A stretch of 64,000 nt of DNA from Octopus bimaculoides (Eukaryota), in the NCBI RefSeq assembly GCF_001194135.2, contig NC_068989.1, positions 652,057-716,056 on the forward strand. Direction: 5' to 3'. Each line of letters starts with the position of its first letter. Position 1 is the stretch's first letter. Below, in pieces: positions 61,401 to 64,000 of the stretch. Both the position numbers and the translations under genes were made by a program. The notes beneath the pieces were generated by a model. The model searched no databases and was not told the origin of the DNA. It saw only the letters and a list, made by a program, of their open reading frames with translations.

Positions 61401-64000
61401 GGATAAATAAAGGAGGGGTGTACAGAGAGAAAGGTAAAGTGAACCCAAGATAAAATATAGATGACACCTGTGTCTGCTTAGAGACAGCCAATGTTAAATT
61501 TTACTGCCCCCAACCTTTTTCCTTTTTACATGTTAAGGTCATCTCTACAGATTATCACCAGCACTGGTTTTGTTATGGTGTTTTGTGTCCAAGACATCAG
61601 ATATAAACAAACGAGATCGAAAATGAAAAAATGGGTGATGGACGTATATACCATATGTTGGGAGTTTTTGTTCCTTCATTAGCATTCTTTTGAAAAAACT
61701 GACTGGTTCTTCCATGTCTATATTTAGCTTCCAGTGTGGTATTTTGTTGGTAAAAACAAGCTATAATTTTGACAGTTGATAATGTCAGCTGTCATGCCTA
61801 ACAGATCAGACAATTTCATACAATTAATTCTTCTGCATATTTTTGTCAAGACCGCATGTATCACAAAGCTTGATCTGCAGCTAAAATGTTGACTGGATAA
61901 CTCTATAACATAAAGACAGCTCAGTTTTCCTGTTTTATTTGTTTAGTTGGTTTTAGAAAGAGGAGTAGCATGCACTGCTATTTCAAAGTTTTTCTAGATC
62001 AGAGCATTGGATGAGGACAGGGGAGTTATTGTTTCATTTGGGTTGGAAAAGAGTTGTGTTGCTGCCAGGGCAGATGCGATTGAGCAGAGCCATGGCCAAG
62101 TGACACGGTTTGAACCACAGATTTGTTTCACTTGTTATACTATCAAAGTCTCTGCCTAATGACTACATTGTTGCACACTCTGACATGTATAGAGTGCAGT
62201 GTGACAGTCCTGGATATATTGCATTTTCTTCACTAACCAGTCTGTTTTAACATACCTGTAGATTTTGGTGATGGCTACAAAGATGGTATTTCAATGTGAT
62301 GTAGTTGGAGGAAATTATTAAATCTGACAACTTAGAATCCATTAATATTAGTCCAGTTTTAGTCTCACTCATCATTACCATCATCATCATCACCATTTTA
62401 TGTTCTCACATAAACTTGAGCTTCATCTCTTTTAAGGAATGGTTGGTGTTAGGAAGGGCATCCAGTTATAGAAAACTATGCCAAATCAGACTGGAGTTTG
62501 GTGCAGCCTTCCAGCTTGCCAGTCTTGGTCAAACTGTCCAACCCATACCAGCATGGACAACGGACATTAAATGATGACAAATCGTGTTATAACCCATTCT
62601 GTTACTATCAGAATTTGATGCCTCTTTAGTTGCTTTTTATTTCTCTAGTGCATGTATCTTTTGTCCTTGTGTCAGTTTATCTGTGATACGATATCTATTC
62701 ATGATATTATTATTACTAGTCATAGTTCATAGGAAATACCCATCTCCTGTCATAAATACCTGATTAACTGGTGCAGACCTACTTTACTGGATAGTATCAA
62801 CTTAGTGACTATCTTTTCTCATAGCTCTGCTATTTTCCTTACATTCATATCCTCAGTGACTTCTTCAACTACATAGGCTGTCAACAGCTGGTTTGTCTGT
62901 TGGGTCTATACAAGGAAAACATGCGACAATATGTCCCATTCCAAGAAGCACAACCTGTCTGATCTTGTCAACTATTGTCCTATTGCATTCATTTCTAAAA
63001 CCTCAAAAGTCATGTAGACAGCCATCGACAGCAACTTTCTCTGACAATTTGAATCTCTCTCTCTCTCTCTCTCTTTCTCTTTTATGATCACCATTATAGT
63101 TTTCATAAAACTAGATTTACTGGAAACTTGCTCTCCTGTGTCAATGGACTTCCACCTCAAAGAAACTTGGTGAAAGCATCGTTATTACCTTCAACATTAA
63201 CAAAGCTTCGAGCCAAGCCTGACATGCAAATCTCCTGTCAAAATTACCTGCCTGTAGTCTCCATCCATCTTTCATCTCTTGGATCATCAGCATCTTATCT
63301 GATCACACTTTCAGTGTTTACTGATACGGTTAGCTTCTGTATCCAACACTTTATAACTGTGGTGTGTTTCATGTTCGGTTCTGCCTCCACCCTCTTCCAT
63401 CAATAGCCTACATGTTGCCACCTCCAATAATGCCTTCATTCTTCTCTATCTTTTAGCACTCAAGTGTCATCCACAGACAACCAAATCTGCACTTAATCCA
63501 TAGATACACACCAACATTTAGCTTGCAACCTTTATGGTTTGGGTTCCAATTCCATTGATATTTGCTTAGTTCCTGTTGTCCTGGAGGTTGATTCCGTCAA
63601 TAAGCACCCACTTCTCTCTCTCTCTGCACACATTTTACTTTTATAGTATCAGTGTATTTTGTTGTAGTCAAACATGTTTCGTAATGATGTACTTGTTGAG
63701 AAGCTTGCTTCAAGTAAAACTGCATATTTTGAAATTCTTCTCCAGTTGAAGTTATTGTCAAAATAGACATGACCAATGCTGTGCAGCCTTCTCTTCCTGC
63801 ATTTCATGCCAGCCTATGTGAAGGTCAAAGTTTTCTTAAAATAGTTTATATTTCTGAGTATTTATTTATATTGACTGAAAGGTGAATATTTGTGTTTGTT
63901 GTATTCAGAGCAGCACAAAGGAAACATTGAAACCATAGTGACACAAACTGAACAAATGTTATACAGAAGAGGTTCTCAAACTGACAAATACCGGCATCCC

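Overview
Eukaryotic, AT-rich, repeat-dense scaffold segment with six N-gaps. The SINE families, microsatellite load and LINE/DNA-transposon mix suggest an octopus/coleoid cephalopod genome (inference). The only protein gene I can fully reconstruct is a five-exon SUMO1-like gene on the minus strand (coding exons 40227-40207, 39680-39609, 31495-31418, 29304-29233, 28392-28333). It encodes about 100 aa ending QTGG-W, and intron 1 most likely opens with a non-canonical GC donor. A TATA/CCAAT/CTCF-like promoter and first exon of an unidentified plus-strand gene sit at about 48.5-48.7 kb, and a cluster of strong plus-strand splice donors at 43.3-44.3 kb hints at a further unannotated spliced transcript. 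The rest is transposon debris: Tx1/L1, RTE, CR1-like, R4/Dong-like and Penelope-like retroelements, a full-length degenerate mariner, an internally deleted Chapaev3-like element, pogo- and piggyBac-type MITEs, several SINE families, and many microsatellites. One RTE copy has a 5'-inverted (twin-priming-like) structure nested in another LINE. I see no CRISPR array, rRNA, intact tRNA or prokaryotic-type system, and no firm evidence for a wholly new multi-gene system. Most ORFs in the supplied track are microsatellite or gap artefacts.
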